A stretch of DNA of 64,000 bases from Deltaproteobacteria bacterium (lineage in GTDB: Bacteria; Desulfobacterota; Binatia; UBA1149; CAYXZP01), in NCBI GenBank assembly GCA_046583365.1, contig JAYGCL010000077.1, forward strand, positions 3,179 to 67,178, given 5' to 3'. This document shows positions 43,799 through 52,969 of the stretch, piece by piece (positions within the stretch are counted from its first letter, which is position 1; each line of letters starts with the position of its first letter). The notes beneath the pieces were generated by a model. The model was not told the DNA's origin, did no database searches, and saw only the letters and a list, made by a program, of their open reading frames with translations. The position numbers were made by a program, and so were the translations under genes.

Positions 43799-44897
43799 AG
43801 TGTTTATGCCGCCCGATATGGCGGAACTCACTCAGTCCGTGTCGGCCGTGCTTGAAAGCGGGTGGATCGGCGAGGGGCCAAAGGTTGTCGAACTTGAGCA
43901 AGCCCTGCAGCCGGCCCTCGGTTCCCCGCACGTCACAACCGTAAACTCGTGCACTTCGGCCATTCATCTGGCCCTGAGACTATCCGGCGTCGGCTTTGGC
44001 GACGAAGTCGTCACCACCGCCATGACCTGTGCCGCCACCAACGAACCCATCCTCATTGCCGGTGCCAGACCGGTATGGGCGGACATCGATCCAACCTCGG
44101 GCAATATCAGCCCTCAAGGCATTCGTGAGAAGCTCACCAGCAAAACGCGGGCCATCGTGATGGTGCACTGGGGTGGTTACCCCTGCGACATTGACGAGAT
44201 CATGGCCATCGCCAAAGAAGCCGGTGTGGCCGTCATTGAGGACGCCGCCCATTCTCTCGGCTCCACTTACCATGGCTCCCTCATCGGTAGTCACTCCGAT
44301 TTCGTGTGTTTCTCTTTCCAGGCCATCAAGACCATCACAACGGGAGACGGCGGTGCTCTGGTCTGTCGTAGTCCCGAAGCCCACGACCGCGCGCGTTCGC
44401 TCAGATGGTTCGGCATCGACCGTGAGCGGCGCCAGGTCAATCAATACAACATTGCCGATTGGGACATCATAGAGGCCGGATACAAGTTCCACATGAACGA
44501 CATCGCGGCAGCCATCGGCCTGAGTCAGCTCCCCCACCTTGAGGGCCTGCTGGCCCGACGGCGCGAGAACGCTCAGTGCTATCGGTCGGCTCTTGCCGGG
44601 CTGAAACGTGTCCAGTTGCTACCAGAGGAGCAGGACCGCTCGTCTGCTTACTGGCTGTTTACTCTGCTGGTAGACGAGCAGGTCGATTTCATTCGACACC
44701 TGGGGGAGAAGGGTATCGCCGCCTCGATTGTCCACCGCCGCAACGACCACTACACCGTGTTTCGGGAGTACCAGGACCCGAACCTGCCGGGACTGGATGA
44801 ATTCTCAAAGCGCATGGTCTGCATACCCGTGGGGCCCTGGGTCACCGACCGAGACAGGCAGCACATCATCGATGTGATTTGCACAGAAGACTGGTAG
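43782..44897 (+). CDS. DegT/DnrJ/EryC1/StrS-family PLP-dependent sugar aminotransferase
   Basis: GWIGEGPKVVELEQAL, TSAIHLAL, and FSFQAIKTITTGDGGAL with the catalytic Lys. Confidence 0.9.
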   Translation: MIPLHKVFMPPDMAELTQSVSAVLESGWIGEGPKVVELEQALQPALGSPHVTTVNSCTSAIHLALRLSGVGFGDEVVTTAMTCAATNEPILIAGARPVWADIDPTSGNISPQGIREKLTSKTRAIVMVHWGGYPCDIDEIMAIAKEAGVAVIEDAAHSLGSTYHGSLIGSHSDFVCFSFQAIKTITTGDGGALVCRSPEAHDRARSLRWFGIDRERRQVNQYNIADWDIIEAGYKFHMNDIAAAIGLSQLPHLEGLLARRRENAQCYRSALAGLKRVQLLPEEQDRSSAYWLFTLLVDEQVDFIRHLGEKGIAASIVHRRNDHYTVFREYQDPNLPGLDEFSKRMVCIPVGPWVTDRDRQHIIDVICTEDW

Positions 44898-44912
44898 CAG
44901 CCCCCTGCCGAT

Positions 44913-44928
44913 CGCCCCTGGGCACCAC
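44913..44928 (+). repeat. attR-like copy of the tRNA-Phe 3'-end repeat
   Basis: CGCCCCTGGGCACCAC lies 16 nt after the DegT-family stop and abuts the ATG of the next gene. Confidence 0.85.
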
Positions 44929-45558
44929 ATGCGCCAACCATCTCAACTGCGAAGTGTCGGCCCCCGCCATATCATCAGCCGCGACGACCGAATGGCCCGT
45001 GTCATACGTGCCGTTGGCCCCTGCCTCTTGCCCAAAAGGCCCAGCCGTTACGCGGCTCTGGTAGGTGCAATAATTTCCCAACAGGTATCCGTACACGCCG
45101 CCCGCGCCGTACAAGGGCGCCTGCGCCAGGCCGCCGGCGGCTACCTGAGCGCCGCGCGCATAGACAAACTCAGCCCCGCCCGGATAAGGGCCGCCGGCCT
45201 GTCGGCAGCCAAGAGCGCTTACGTGGCCGGACTGACTGAAAACGTGATATCGGGCCGGCTTCGCCTGGATGACATCCACCGCCTCGACGACGAAGCCGTC
45301 ATCGAACGGCTGGTCGCGGTCAAAGGCATCGGGCGCTGGACGGCCGAGATGTTTTTAATGTTCGTACTCAACCGTCCCGATGTAATGCCCACCGGAGACC
45401 TGGGAATCAAAAACGGTTTTAAGAAAGTCTACCGCCTCCGCGCCCTGCCCAGCGAAAAAAAGATGCTGGCCCTGTCCCAGCCCTGGCGGCCCTACCGAAC
45501 CATAGGCAGTTGGTACCTGTGGCGTAGCCTGTCGGTCGACAAAATCCCGGCGGCCTGA
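44929..45558 (+). CDS. HhH-GPD DNA glycosylase (AlkA-type 3-methyladenine glycosylase II)
   Basis: LVGAIISQQVSVHAA, VKGIGRWTAEMFLMF, PTGDLGI. Alternative start at Met 44992. Confidence 0.8.
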   Translation: MRQPSQLRSVGPRHIISRDDRMARVIRAVGPCLLPKRPSRYAALVGAIISQQVSVHAARAVQGRLRQAAGGYLSAARIDKLSPARIRAAGLSAAKSAYVAGLTENVISGRLRLDDIHRLDDEAVIERLVAVKGIGRWTAEMFLMFVLNRPDVMPTGDLGIKNGFKKVYRLRALPSEKKMLALSQPWRPYRTIGSWYLWRSLSVDKIPAA

Positions 45559-45583
45559 CCCGCGCGCACTACCCGCTTGGCCC

Positions 45584-46243
45584 TTATTGGGGCTGGGGCA
45601 CGATACGCAGGTAGGGCTTGATGGTTTTCCAACCGCCGGGGAATCGCTTGGCCGCATCCTCGTCTGAAACCGCCGGAACGATGATCACATCCTCGCCCTG
45701 CTTCCAGTTGACCGGCGTGGCAACCTTGTGCTTGGCCGTCAGCTGAATGGAATCGAGTACCCGTAAAATCTCGTCGAAGTTGCGACCGGTGCTCATGGGG
45801 TAGGTAAGGATGAGTTTTATGAGCTTGTCGGGACCCACGATGAACACCGAGCGTATGGTAGCGTTATCGACCGCCGTACGTTCGCTGGCTTTGCCGGAGG
45901 CGTTGGGGTGGATCATGTCGTAGAGTTTGGAGACCACCAGGTCGCTGTCTCCGATCAAGGGATAGTTGAGGGCATGGCCCTGGGTTTCCTCGATATCGCC
46001 GGCCCACTTTTCATGATCGCTTACCGGATCGATGCTGAGACCGATTGCCTTGCAGTTGCGTTTGTCGAACTCGGGCTTGAGACCGGCCACATAGCCAAGC
46101 TCGGTGGTACAAACCGGGGTGAAATCCTTGGGGTGGGAGAACAGAATGGCCCAGCCATCGCCGATCCACTCGTGAAAATTGACGGTTCCCTCGGTTGTCT
46201 CGGCACTGAAATCCGGTGCCTCATCTCCTATACGTAAAGCCAT
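45584..46243 (-). CDS. 1-Cys peroxiredoxin (Prx6 type)
   Basis: WAILFSHPKDFTPVCTTELG, 219 aa. Confidence 0.92.
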   Translation of the reverse strand: MALRIGDEAPDFSAETTEGTVNFHEWIGDGWAILFSHPKDFTPVCTTELGYVAGLKPEFDKRNCKAIGLSIDPVSDHEKWAGDIEETQGHALNYPLIGDSDLVVSKLYDMIHPNASGKASERTAVDNATIRSVFIVGPDKLIKLILTYPMSTGRNFDEILRVLDSIQLTAKHKVATPVNWKQGEDVIIVPAVSDEDAAKRFPGGWKTIKPYLRIVPQPQ

Positions 46244-46247
46244 TGGT

Positions 46248-48074
46248 CTACCTCCAGACGCTTATTTTCTGTATGGCCAGAGCCCAAAGGGCCTTGGCCA
46301 TGAGTACGAATTTTCTCTTGCTCCACCCCTCGGTCTTTACCCGCCGGCCCCCGAGATAAGTCTCTATAATTTCGATCTCCGTCAAACGGTCGGGGTCAAT
46401 GAGCAGGGGGTTTTCGGAAAGCACCACAAAATCGGCAAGCTTTCCCACTTCGATGCTGCCGATTCGGTCCTCGGCAAAGAGTTGCCAGGCCGCATTGATG
46501 GTCATCGCCTTTAACGCATCTTCGATACTTACGCGCTGGTCGGGGCCCAGCACCTCGCCCTGCCCCCCGGCCTGAGTACGCATCTTGCGGGTAACCGCTC
46601 CGCGCAAAGCACGGAAGGGACCGAAGGGAGACGCAGGGGTATCGGTGTGTATGCTGAAACGGTGGCCGTGTTTGCGGGCCCAACCAAGCGGCATGAAGCG
46701 GGCGGCCCGCTCGGGGCCTACAATGCTGTCCTTCAAGGCGCGGCCGTAGAGATGGACGTGATCGATGTAGAAACTCGGAGTAACCCCTAGCCTGGCGGCA
46801 CGCTCAAGCTGGGCATCGGTGATGAGCGCGTTGTGTTCAAGGCGGTGGCGGTGGTCCCTGCGGGGATGGGCGCGAAGGGCCGCCTCGATGGCATCCAGAT
46901 ACTGGTCCATGGCGCGCTCACCCTGGACGTGGGCGGCCACCTGTCGTCCGGCACTGTGGTGCTCGGAGACCATTGAGAACAGTTCGGCATCCGAGAAATT
47001 CAAGTGCCCCCGGCTACCGGCCGGTATGCCGAGCCCCGTGGTTGTGAGTTCGCTGGCCAGGTAAGGCTCGCGCATCGCCATGCCCCCGGCATAGGGGGAA
47101 CCATCGACGTGGAGCTTCACACCGAGAACCCGATAGTTGCCGGTGTCGCTGCCGGCCTCGGCAATCGGCGAGGACATGATGCCGGTAAGCACGTAGACGA
47201 AAGTCCGAAGCGGGGCTGTGGGGTGCAGCGCCGTCTCGCGCAAAAGGCCCAGGTGGTCGTCCACCACCGGGGGCGGCCCCGCCGCACCGATGGTCGTGTA
47301 GCCGTTGCGGGCATAGGCGTTGTACTGCTCAGCCAGAAGGTAGGCGTAGGCGGCGCGGGGGACGGGACCAAACTGGGCACGGAAGCGGCTGATCGCCGGC
47401 GATTCACGGACGGTACCGTTCAGGTCGCCGTGCTCGTCCTTGTCGAAGGAACCGGTGCCGCCCGGCGACGGCGTATCACGAGTAACGCCGGCGCTCTGGT
47501 AGGCCGGGCTATTAACGAAAACCGTGTGCATGGTCTGGGTCATGATCAGCAAGGGGTTATCGGGGGCCAGACGGTCCATCTCGGCCAGACTCGGGGCACG
47601 CAGGCCCAGCTTCATGGCCGGGTCCCAACCAAAGGCGATTATCCATTCTCCCCTGCCGGCTTTTTCCACGGCCTCGGCCACTGCGGCCATCATCGAGTCG
47701 CGGCTGTCGTGGCTGAAGCCCGAGACATCAACGGCCTGGGACAGCAGCGCACCGGCCAGCGGGTGGGTGTGGGGCTCTATGAGGCCCGGCATCAGGGTCT
47801 GCGTTCCAAGGTCAACCAATTCGGTCTTTGGCCCCTTCCAGGCTAGCACCTCGCCCTCTTGCCCAACCGCAACTATAACCCCGTCGCGCACCGCCACAGC
47901 TTCGGCGGCCGGCCGAGCATCGTTTATGGTAACAATGTGACCGCCGAAAAAGATCGTGTCGGCGGGCCCTTGATTGTCGGCGGCACAGACCGGCACAGCA
48001 ACGGCTGCGCCTGCGACCACAGCCACCATTGCCACGGCGGCCAGCCACTGTCGGTCAGCCACCGTAAAGACCAC
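46248..48074 (-). CDS. secreted amidohydrolase (Amidohydro_3/YtcJ-like metal hydrolase)
   Basis: Signal peptide, GLIEPHTHP, KLHVDGS, AHVQGERA, RLEHN, ADFVVL. Confidence 0.85.
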   Translation of the reverse strand: MVFTVADRQWLAAVAMVAVVAGAAVAVPVCAADNQGPADTIFFGGHIVTINDARPAAEAVAVRDGVIVAVGQEGEVLAWKGPKTELVDLGTQTLMPGLIEPHTHPLAGALLSQAVDVSGFSHDSRDSMMAAVAEAVEKAGRGEWIIAFGWDPAMKLGLRAPSLAEMDRLAPDNPLLIMTQTMHTVFVNSPAYQSAGVTRDTPSPGGTGSFDKDEHGDLNGTVRESPAISRFRAQFGPVPRAAYAYLLAEQYNAYARNGYTTIGAAGPPPVVDDHLGLLRETALHPTAPLRTFVYVLTGIMSSPIAEAGSDTGNYRVLGVKLHVDGSPYAGGMAMREPYLASELTTTGLGIPAGSRGHLNFSDAELFSMVSEHHSAGRQVAAHVQGERAMDQYLDAIEAALRAHPRRDHRHRLEHNALITDAQLERAARLGVTPSFYIDHVHLYGRALKDSIVGPERAARFMPLGWARKHGHRFSIHTDTPASPFGPFRALRGAVTRKMRTQAGGQGEVLGPDQRVSIEDALKAMTINAAWQLFAEDRIGSIEVGKLADFVVLSENPLLIDPDRLTEIEIIETYLGGRRVKTEGWSKRKFVLMAKALWALAIQKISVWR

Positions 48075-48783
48075 CGTTTACATGCACGATGCTGCCATGG
48101 ATGTAGCCGGCAGAGGTGGCAAGAAAAGTCACCACTTCGGCTACCTCAGCGGGTTCTCCCATCCGCCCCAAGGGCACACGCTCAAGGATGCCCTGGCGAG
48201 CCTGGTCAGACATCCCCTGGGTCATTGCGGTGTCTATAAAACCGGGCGCCACCGAATTGACGAGAATCTTGCGGCCAGAAAGTTCATGGGCAAGAGAACG
48301 TGTCATCGCATCGATCCCGGCCTTGGCCATAGCGTAAGGAATCTGTCCGGCGTTACCCGTGTAGGCAACCACACTGGAAATATTTATTATGCGTCCACTG
48401 TTGGCGCGCAGCATGAAGTGCCGAAGAACGAGACGCGTGAGCAACCAGGTCCCGCGTTCAATGGCAGCCACGGCATCGTAGTCCTGGATTTTCATCCGTG
48501 GGATAAGACCGTCGCGACTGAATCCGGCGTTGTTGACCAGTACGTCTAAACGCCCGGCCTTTTCTTTGATTTCGGCAACCATGGCCTCTACCTGGTCGGG
48601 GTCGCCGAGGTCGGCCTTTACAGTAAAGGCTTCGGGAAGCTCGCCGGCCAGACGACTGGCCGCTTCCTGGCTGCTGTTGCAGTGTACGATTACCCGCAGG
48701 CCCGCAGCGGCCAAGGCACGACAGCAGGCCTGGCCAATACCGGTGCCGCCACCGCTTACCAGTGCTGTCTGTTTTTCACTCAT
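48055..48783 (-). CDS. SDR-family 3-oxoacyl-ACP reductase-like protein
   Basis: ALVSGGGTGIGQA, NNAG, YAMAKAG. The start is taken at Met 48783 (AAGG 8 nt upstream) rather than the track start at 48855. Confidence 0.85.
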   Translation of the reverse strand: MSEKQTALVSGGGTGIGQACCRALAAAGLRVIVHCNSSQEAASRLAGELPEAFTVKADLGDPDQVEAMVAEIKEKAGRLDVLVNNAGFSRDGLIPRMKIQDYDAVAAIERGTWLLTRLVLRHFMLRANSGRIINISSVVAYTGNAGQIPYAMAKAGIDAMTRSLAHELSGRKILVNSVAPGFIDTAMTQGMSDQARQGILERVPLGRMGEPAEVAEVVTFLATSAGYIHGSIVHVNGGLYGG

Positions 48784-48791
48784 TATTGGCC

Positions 48792-49004
48792 TTAGTTGCC
48801 GCTCAAGGCCTGCAGGGAGGCCACGTTGCAGAACAAAAGGTTCTGCCATGGGCAATTACTCGAAGGTGTAGCATCCAGGGAGGTATTGGAAAAGTAGCCC
48901 CCAAGGGCCCGGGCAGGGCATTGGGAGGCAGAAGCGGAGGCGGTCGGCCCGGTCACGGCGAGCAACAGTCCCACACTCAGCATAATCCTGGATCCAGAAA
49001 CCAC
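48792..49004 (-). CDS. hypothetical small secreted Cys-containing peptide
   Basis: (MVSGSRI)MLSVGLLLAVTGPTASASA/SQCP... has a signal-peptide-like N-terminus. About 73% GC3 by my count. Its stop lies 8 nt before the SDR start. No homology recognised. Confidence 0.25.
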   Translation of the reverse strand: MVSGSRIMLSVGLLLAVTGPTASASASQCPARALGGYFSNTSLDATPSSNCPWQNLLFCNVASLQALSGN

Positions 49005-49063
49005 GGTCGCATCCTAGCAAGCACACGGTGGTACAGGTAGCCCACGCGGGATAGGCTGCCGCC

Positions 49064-49945
49064 ATGCCGATATCTCCAACCAGTCAGTATACAAAAAAGA
49101 AACTTCAAGTAGACGGCCTCAATATGGCCTACGTAGAGGAAGGCCAGGGCGACCCCATCCTCTTTCTCCACGGCAACCCCACCTCTTCTTTCCTGTGGCG
49201 CAATGTTATGCCGCACGTACAAGGACGGGGCCGCTTGATAGCCCCCGACCTCATCGGCATGGGCGACTCGGACAAGCTCGCCGACAGCGGTCCCGACCGC
49301 TATCGCTTCGTCGAACACCGCGACTACCTCGACGGCCTGCTCGAGGCCCTCGACGTAAAAGAGCGGGTCATCCTGGTTCTCCACGACTGGGGCACGGCGT
49401 TGGGCTTTGACTGGGCCAACCGCCACCGCGACGCGGTCCGTGGCATTGCCTATATGGAAGGGCTTGTGGGTCCGTCCACCTGGGCCGGTTTTCCCGAAGG
49501 CCCGAAGGGGCTTTTCCAGTCCCTGCGCTCCGACAAAGGCGAGGCCATGGTGTTGGAGAAAAACTTCTTCGTCGAAAGGATGCTACCCGGCGCCATCATC
49601 CGCAACTTGAGCGAAGAAGAGATGAACGAATACCGCCGCCCCTTCGAACAACCGGGAGAGTCTCGCCGCCCCACCCTGACCTGGCCCCGGCAGATCCCCA
49701 TCGACGGGGAACCGGACGACGTAACTGCAATCGTCAAAGATTACGCGGCATGGCTTCCCGGCTCTGCCGTGCCCAAGCTGTTTGTAAACGCCGAGCCCGG
49801 TGTGCTCATAACGAACAAAGTGCGTGAGTTCTGCCGCAGTTGGAAAAACCAGAGCGAAGTAACGGTAGCGGGCTTGCACTTCTTACAGGAAGACTCCCCC
49901 GATGAAATAGGTATGGCCATTGCCGACTGGGTGGACGGCCTGTGA
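49064..49945 (+). CDS. haloalkane dehalogenase (alpha/beta hydrolase, HLD-II-like)
   Basis: [29 protein letters not shown] (nucleophile Asp-Trp), C-terminal [11 protein letters not shown]. Confidence 0.9.
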   Translation: MPISPTSQYTKKKLQVDGLNMAYVEEGQGDPILFLHGNPTSSFLWRNVMPHVQGRGRLIAPDLIGMGDSDKLADSGPDRYRFVEHRDYLDGLLEALDVKERVILVLHDWGTALGFDWANRHRDAVRGIAYMEGLVGPSTWAGFPEGPKGLFQSLRSDKGEAMVLEKNFFVERMLPGAIIRNLSEEEMNEYRRPFEQPGESRRPTLTWPRQIPIDGEPDDVTAIVKDYAAWLPGSAVPKLFVNAEPGVLITNKVREFCRSWKNQSEVTVAGLHFLQEDSPDEIGMAIADWVDGL

Positions 49946-50409
49946 ACAGGATTGTTAAATTTTTTCTCAAATTCCTGGGTGAGATCGGCTTCTGGAAACT
50001 GTGGAGCAGGGGTCACATATTTCTCTACCGCCGCACCGGCGGACGCATCGGTAAGCAAATCGATGGCATGAGCCATCTGCTTCTGACAACCACCGGACGG
50101 CGTTCGGGACAGGCCCGCACGGTGGCGCTCAGCTACATGCCCGAAGGCCGCGACTACGTTATCGCCGCCTCCAACGGCGGCGCCGACCGGCCGCCGGCCT
50201 GGTGGCTGAACCTGCGCGCCAGGCCCACGGCCGACATTCAGATCGACGACCAGCGCGTGGCGGTAACGGCAAGAATGGTAGACCAGGACGAAAGGGCCCG
50301 GCTATGGCCGAAGCTCAAGGCGGCCAACCGCTATTACCCCTACCACGAGAGCAACACGGCACGGGAAATCCCCGTCATCGTACTCAGCCCCGCCCACGAG
50401 CAGGGCTAG
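49942..50409 (+). CDS. deazaflavin (F420H2)-dependent nitroreductase-family protein (DDN/DUF385)
   Basis: [20 protein letters not shown]...[17 protein letters not shown]...REIPVIVL. Confidence 0.85.
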   Translation: MNRIVKFFLKFLGEIGFWKLWSRGHIFLYRRTGGRIGKQIDGMSHLLLTTTGRRSGQARTVALSYMPEGRDYVIAASNGGADRPPAWWLNLRARPTADIQIDDQRVAVTARMVDQDERARLWPKLKAANRYYPYHESNTAREIPVIVLSPAHEQG

Positions 50410-50747
50410 CCAAGAACCGAAAGGTAGACCTCGGCGTTAAAGCCCACCAGTACGGTCTTGCCCACCTTGAGGCAGGGGGCTCGCAGGTTGCCGGTGGGGC
50501 CGAGCAGAGAATCCACCACCGCAGCCGGGGCCTTGCCCGCGGGTTTGAACTCTTCGACCTTCTTACCTTTGGCCACGATTACCCGGCTTGCCGCACGTAC
50601 CAGTGCGGCGGCTTCCTTGCGGCCCAGCTTTCTGGAGGCCGGGACGGTCTCGCGCGGCTGCAGGCCTTTGTCGTCCAGAAACCTGGACGATCGCGTACAC
50701 GAAGTTCAACCGTTGCGGTGGTAGTACCAGTCGGGGATCTTAGACAT
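50406..50747 (-). CDS. ArsC/Spx-family thioredoxin-fold protein with in-frame UGA (probable selenocysteine, UxxC motif)
   Basis: Manual translation gives MSKIPDWYYHRNG-[TGA 50708..50706]-TSCTRSSRFLDDKGL...[28 protein letters not shown], 113 codons in a single frame, with AAGGTG upstream. Absent from the ORF track because of the TGA. Confidence 0.7.
50671..50690 (-). promoter_or_regulatory. SECIS-like hairpin
   Basis: UCGUCCAG-GUUU-CUGGACGA is a perfect 8-bp stem that begins 15 nt after the UGA. Confidence 0.55.
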
Positions 50748-50841
50748 CGGGGCACCTTAACACGGCTGCCCCGTCGCCCAAGCCGGCATCGGGCCGGTTT
50801 GCCGCCACGCCGTAAAGGCGGCAAGGTGGCACTCTGCGTCG

Positions 50842-51588
50842 ATGAAAAAAATTATCGTCTGCCAGCACGTTGCCTACGAAATCCTCGGCACCCTCAACCC
50901 TCTCTTAAAACGGGCCGGCCTGCGTATTCGCTACGTCAACTTCGACCGTGAACCCGGCGCCCGTCCCGACCTGGACGGCTACCAGGGCCTGGTCGTTCTG
51001 GGCGGTCCCATGAGCGTCTACGACACCGACGGCCACCCCCACCTGGACACCGAGGTGGAGTTGGTGCGCGAGGCGATAAAACGCGACATCCCGGTGTTGG
51101 GTATCTGCCTGGGCGCCCAGATCATTGCCCGGGCCCTGGGGGCCCGGGTCTACCCCAATGCAGAAAAAGAGATCGGCTGGTACCCCATCCAGGCTACCGA
51201 CCACGGTAGCGCCGACCCATTGATAGGCCACTTCGCCCGCAACGAACAGATCTTCCAGTGGCACGGCGATACTTTCGACATCCCCTCCGGCGCTGTGCAT
51301 CTGGCCAGCTCGCCTGGTTGTACAAACCAGGCATTTCGCTATGGGGACAAGGTGTACGCGTTGCAATTTCACCTGGAGGTGGACGAGGCCATGATAGAAC
51401 GCTGGCTGCGGGTGCCCCACCACGTGGCCGAGATTGCCGCACTGGACGGCAAAGTGGACCCTCAAACCATTCAACAGCAAACCCCGGGCAACATAGGCCG
51501 GCTCGAAGAACTCAGCCACTTAGCCTTTGGGGCCTTTGTCGACCTGTTCGGCCAACTCAAGAAACAGAGGACCCTGCCCTCAAGGTAG
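50842..51588 (+). CDS. class I glutamine amidotransferase-like protein
   Basis: VLGGPMSVYD, GICLGAQIIARALG (nucleophile Cys), FQWHGDTF. Confidence 0.85.
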   Translation: MKKIIVCQHVAYEILGTLNPLLKRAGLRIRYVNFDREPGARPDLDGYQGLVVLGGPMSVYDTDGHPHLDTEVELVREAIKRDIPVLGICLGAQIIARALGARVYPNAEKEIGWYPIQATDHGSADPLIGHFARNEQIFQWHGDTFDIPSGAVHLASSPGCTNQAFRYGDKVYALQFHLEVDEAMIERWLRVPHHVAEIAALDGKVDPQTIQQQTPGNIGRLEELSHLAFGAFVDLFGQLKKQRTLPSR

Positions 51589-51625
51589 CGCCGCCCAAAG
51601 AACCGAGAGAAAGGATAGAGCCGAT

Positions 51626-52969
51626 ATGTCAACGACAATCTCTTTGTGCAGCAGAATTTTAACCGCAGCCGGTCTCATCTGTCTGCTCATAACCCCGGCT
51701 CTGGCCGGTACCCCCGGCGGTGTCGAAGGAGCTCTGGAACGTGCCTCCCGCGCCATAGACAAAGATCCGGGCCTGGCCACGGAAACCAAAGAGGCTCTCA
51801 AAGAACTGCTCAACGCCCTTGAAGAAGAACGCGGCCGAGCGGCTGCCCCTGCGGCCCACGCCTCCACACCGGCAACCACCGCTACTACCGCCACGGCGAC
51901 GGCGACCGTACTCGACCGTCTCGACGTCTACGGCGACTTTCGCTACCGCCATGAGACCAACGACACCCAGGGCTCTCCCACCCGCAACCGCGAGCGCATA
52001 CGCATGCGTCTGGGCGCCGACTATCGGCTGAACGACCAACTGAGCATCGGCGGCCGTGTATCAACGGGCAGCCGCACCGACCCCAACTCGCCGCATAACA
52101 CCCTGGGGGAGGGCTTCCACCGCTTCGACATCAACCTGGACCGGGCCTTTTTTGACTACCGTCCCAGTGGGGCACCGGGCCTGTGGCTGAAGGGCGGTAA
52201 GTTCGCCCACCCGTTCTGGAAAAACCCGGTCTATGGCGAGGTACTCTGGGACGGCGATGTACAACCCGAAGGCGGTGCGGTCGGCTACGGACTGGGAGGG
52301 CTGGGGATCCTCGACAGTCTCGATGTAACCATCGGAGAGTACATACTCGTCGAACAAGCCCTTGCAGATGAGGCCACGGCCTTTGTGGCCCAGTTGGCCG
52401 GCACGAAAAAACTGAGCGAGGTATGGAGTGCCGGCGCTGCCGTCGGCCTCTACCATTGGTCCAACCTCACCCCCGACGGCAACACTCTCCTGCTCGACGA
52501 CAATCAGGGTAACGCCACCATCGATGATGACAGCAATGACATAGCCGACCGTTTCTCTTCGCGCTTCGAGGTCATAAACCCGATAGCCGCACTCACATAC
52601 AGCGGCGGGCAGAGGCCGTTCACACTGGCCGGCGAGTACATCTACAACCGCAAGGCGGCCAGTGGCCGCGACTCGGGATGGGGTCTGGGGGCAGCGCTGG
52701 GCCGGGCCAGGGCGCCGGGGGACTGGCGGCTGTTCTACCAGTACTATGAACTCGACGAAGACGCCTTCTTCTCGGTGGTGGCCGGCGACGATACGTTACG
52801 AACAACCAACGCCCGCTCGCACATCTTCGGTCTGGATTACAAGGTGTCCGAACATTTCAAACCCAGACTGTGGGGCCTGGTCTCGCGACGGCTCGAACAG
52901 CTGTCGGGGGATACCGACCCGACGGCAAACGACACCCGGCTGAGGCTGGACTTGAACTTCAGCTTCTAA
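51626..52969 (+). CDS. putative outer-membrane beta-barrel porin
   Basis: Signal peptide MSTTISLCSRILTAAGLICLLITPALA, a helical segment plus a Thr/Ala-rich linker, alternating beta-strand pattern, and a C-terminal ...LDLNFSF aromatic terminus. Confidence 0.55.
   Translation: MSTTISLCSRILTAAGLICLLITPALAGTPGGVEGALERASRAIDKDPGLATETKEALKELLNALEEERGRAAAPAAHASTPATTATTATATATVLDRLDVYGDFRYRHETNDTQGSPTRNRERIRMRLGADYRLNDQLSIGGRVSTGSRTDPNSPHNTLGEGFHRFDINLDRAFFDYRPSGAPGLWLKGGKFAHPFWKNPVYGEVLWDGDVQPEGGAVGYGLGGLGILDSLDVTIGEYILVEQALADEATAFVAQLAGTKKLSEVWSAGAAVGLYHWSNLTPDGNTLLLDDNQGNATIDDDSNDIADRFSSRFEVINPIAALTYSGGQRPFTLAGEYIYNRKAASGRDSGWGLGAALGRARAPGDWRLFYQYYELDEDAFFSVVAGDDTLRTTNARSHIFGLDYKVSEHFKPRLWGLVSRRLEQLSGDTDPTANDTRLRLDLNFSF

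Noticed and set aside
42251-44912. Search for an integrase, excisionase or transposase inside the tRNA-Phe islet
   Set aside because: All three ORFs are sugar-modification enzymes that fill the interval. There is no room for, and no motif of, a tyrosine or serine recombinase.
50706-50708. Global TGA reassignment (code 4/25) as the explanation for the in-frame TGAs
   Set aside because: Well-defined genes in the window (gshB, glpK, the acyltransferase-like gene) terminate at TGA at positions matching family C-termini. Only two TGAs need read-through, and both are at redox Cys positions followed by hairpins.
50799-50824. Perfect 8-bp hairpin TTGCCGCC-N10-GGCGGCAA upstream of the amidotransferase gene, considered as a terminator or riboswitch
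   Set aside because: There is no U-tract on either strand, it is too small for a known riboswitch class, and it lies in a 94-bp divergent promoter region. It may be an operator, but I cannot support a specific call.
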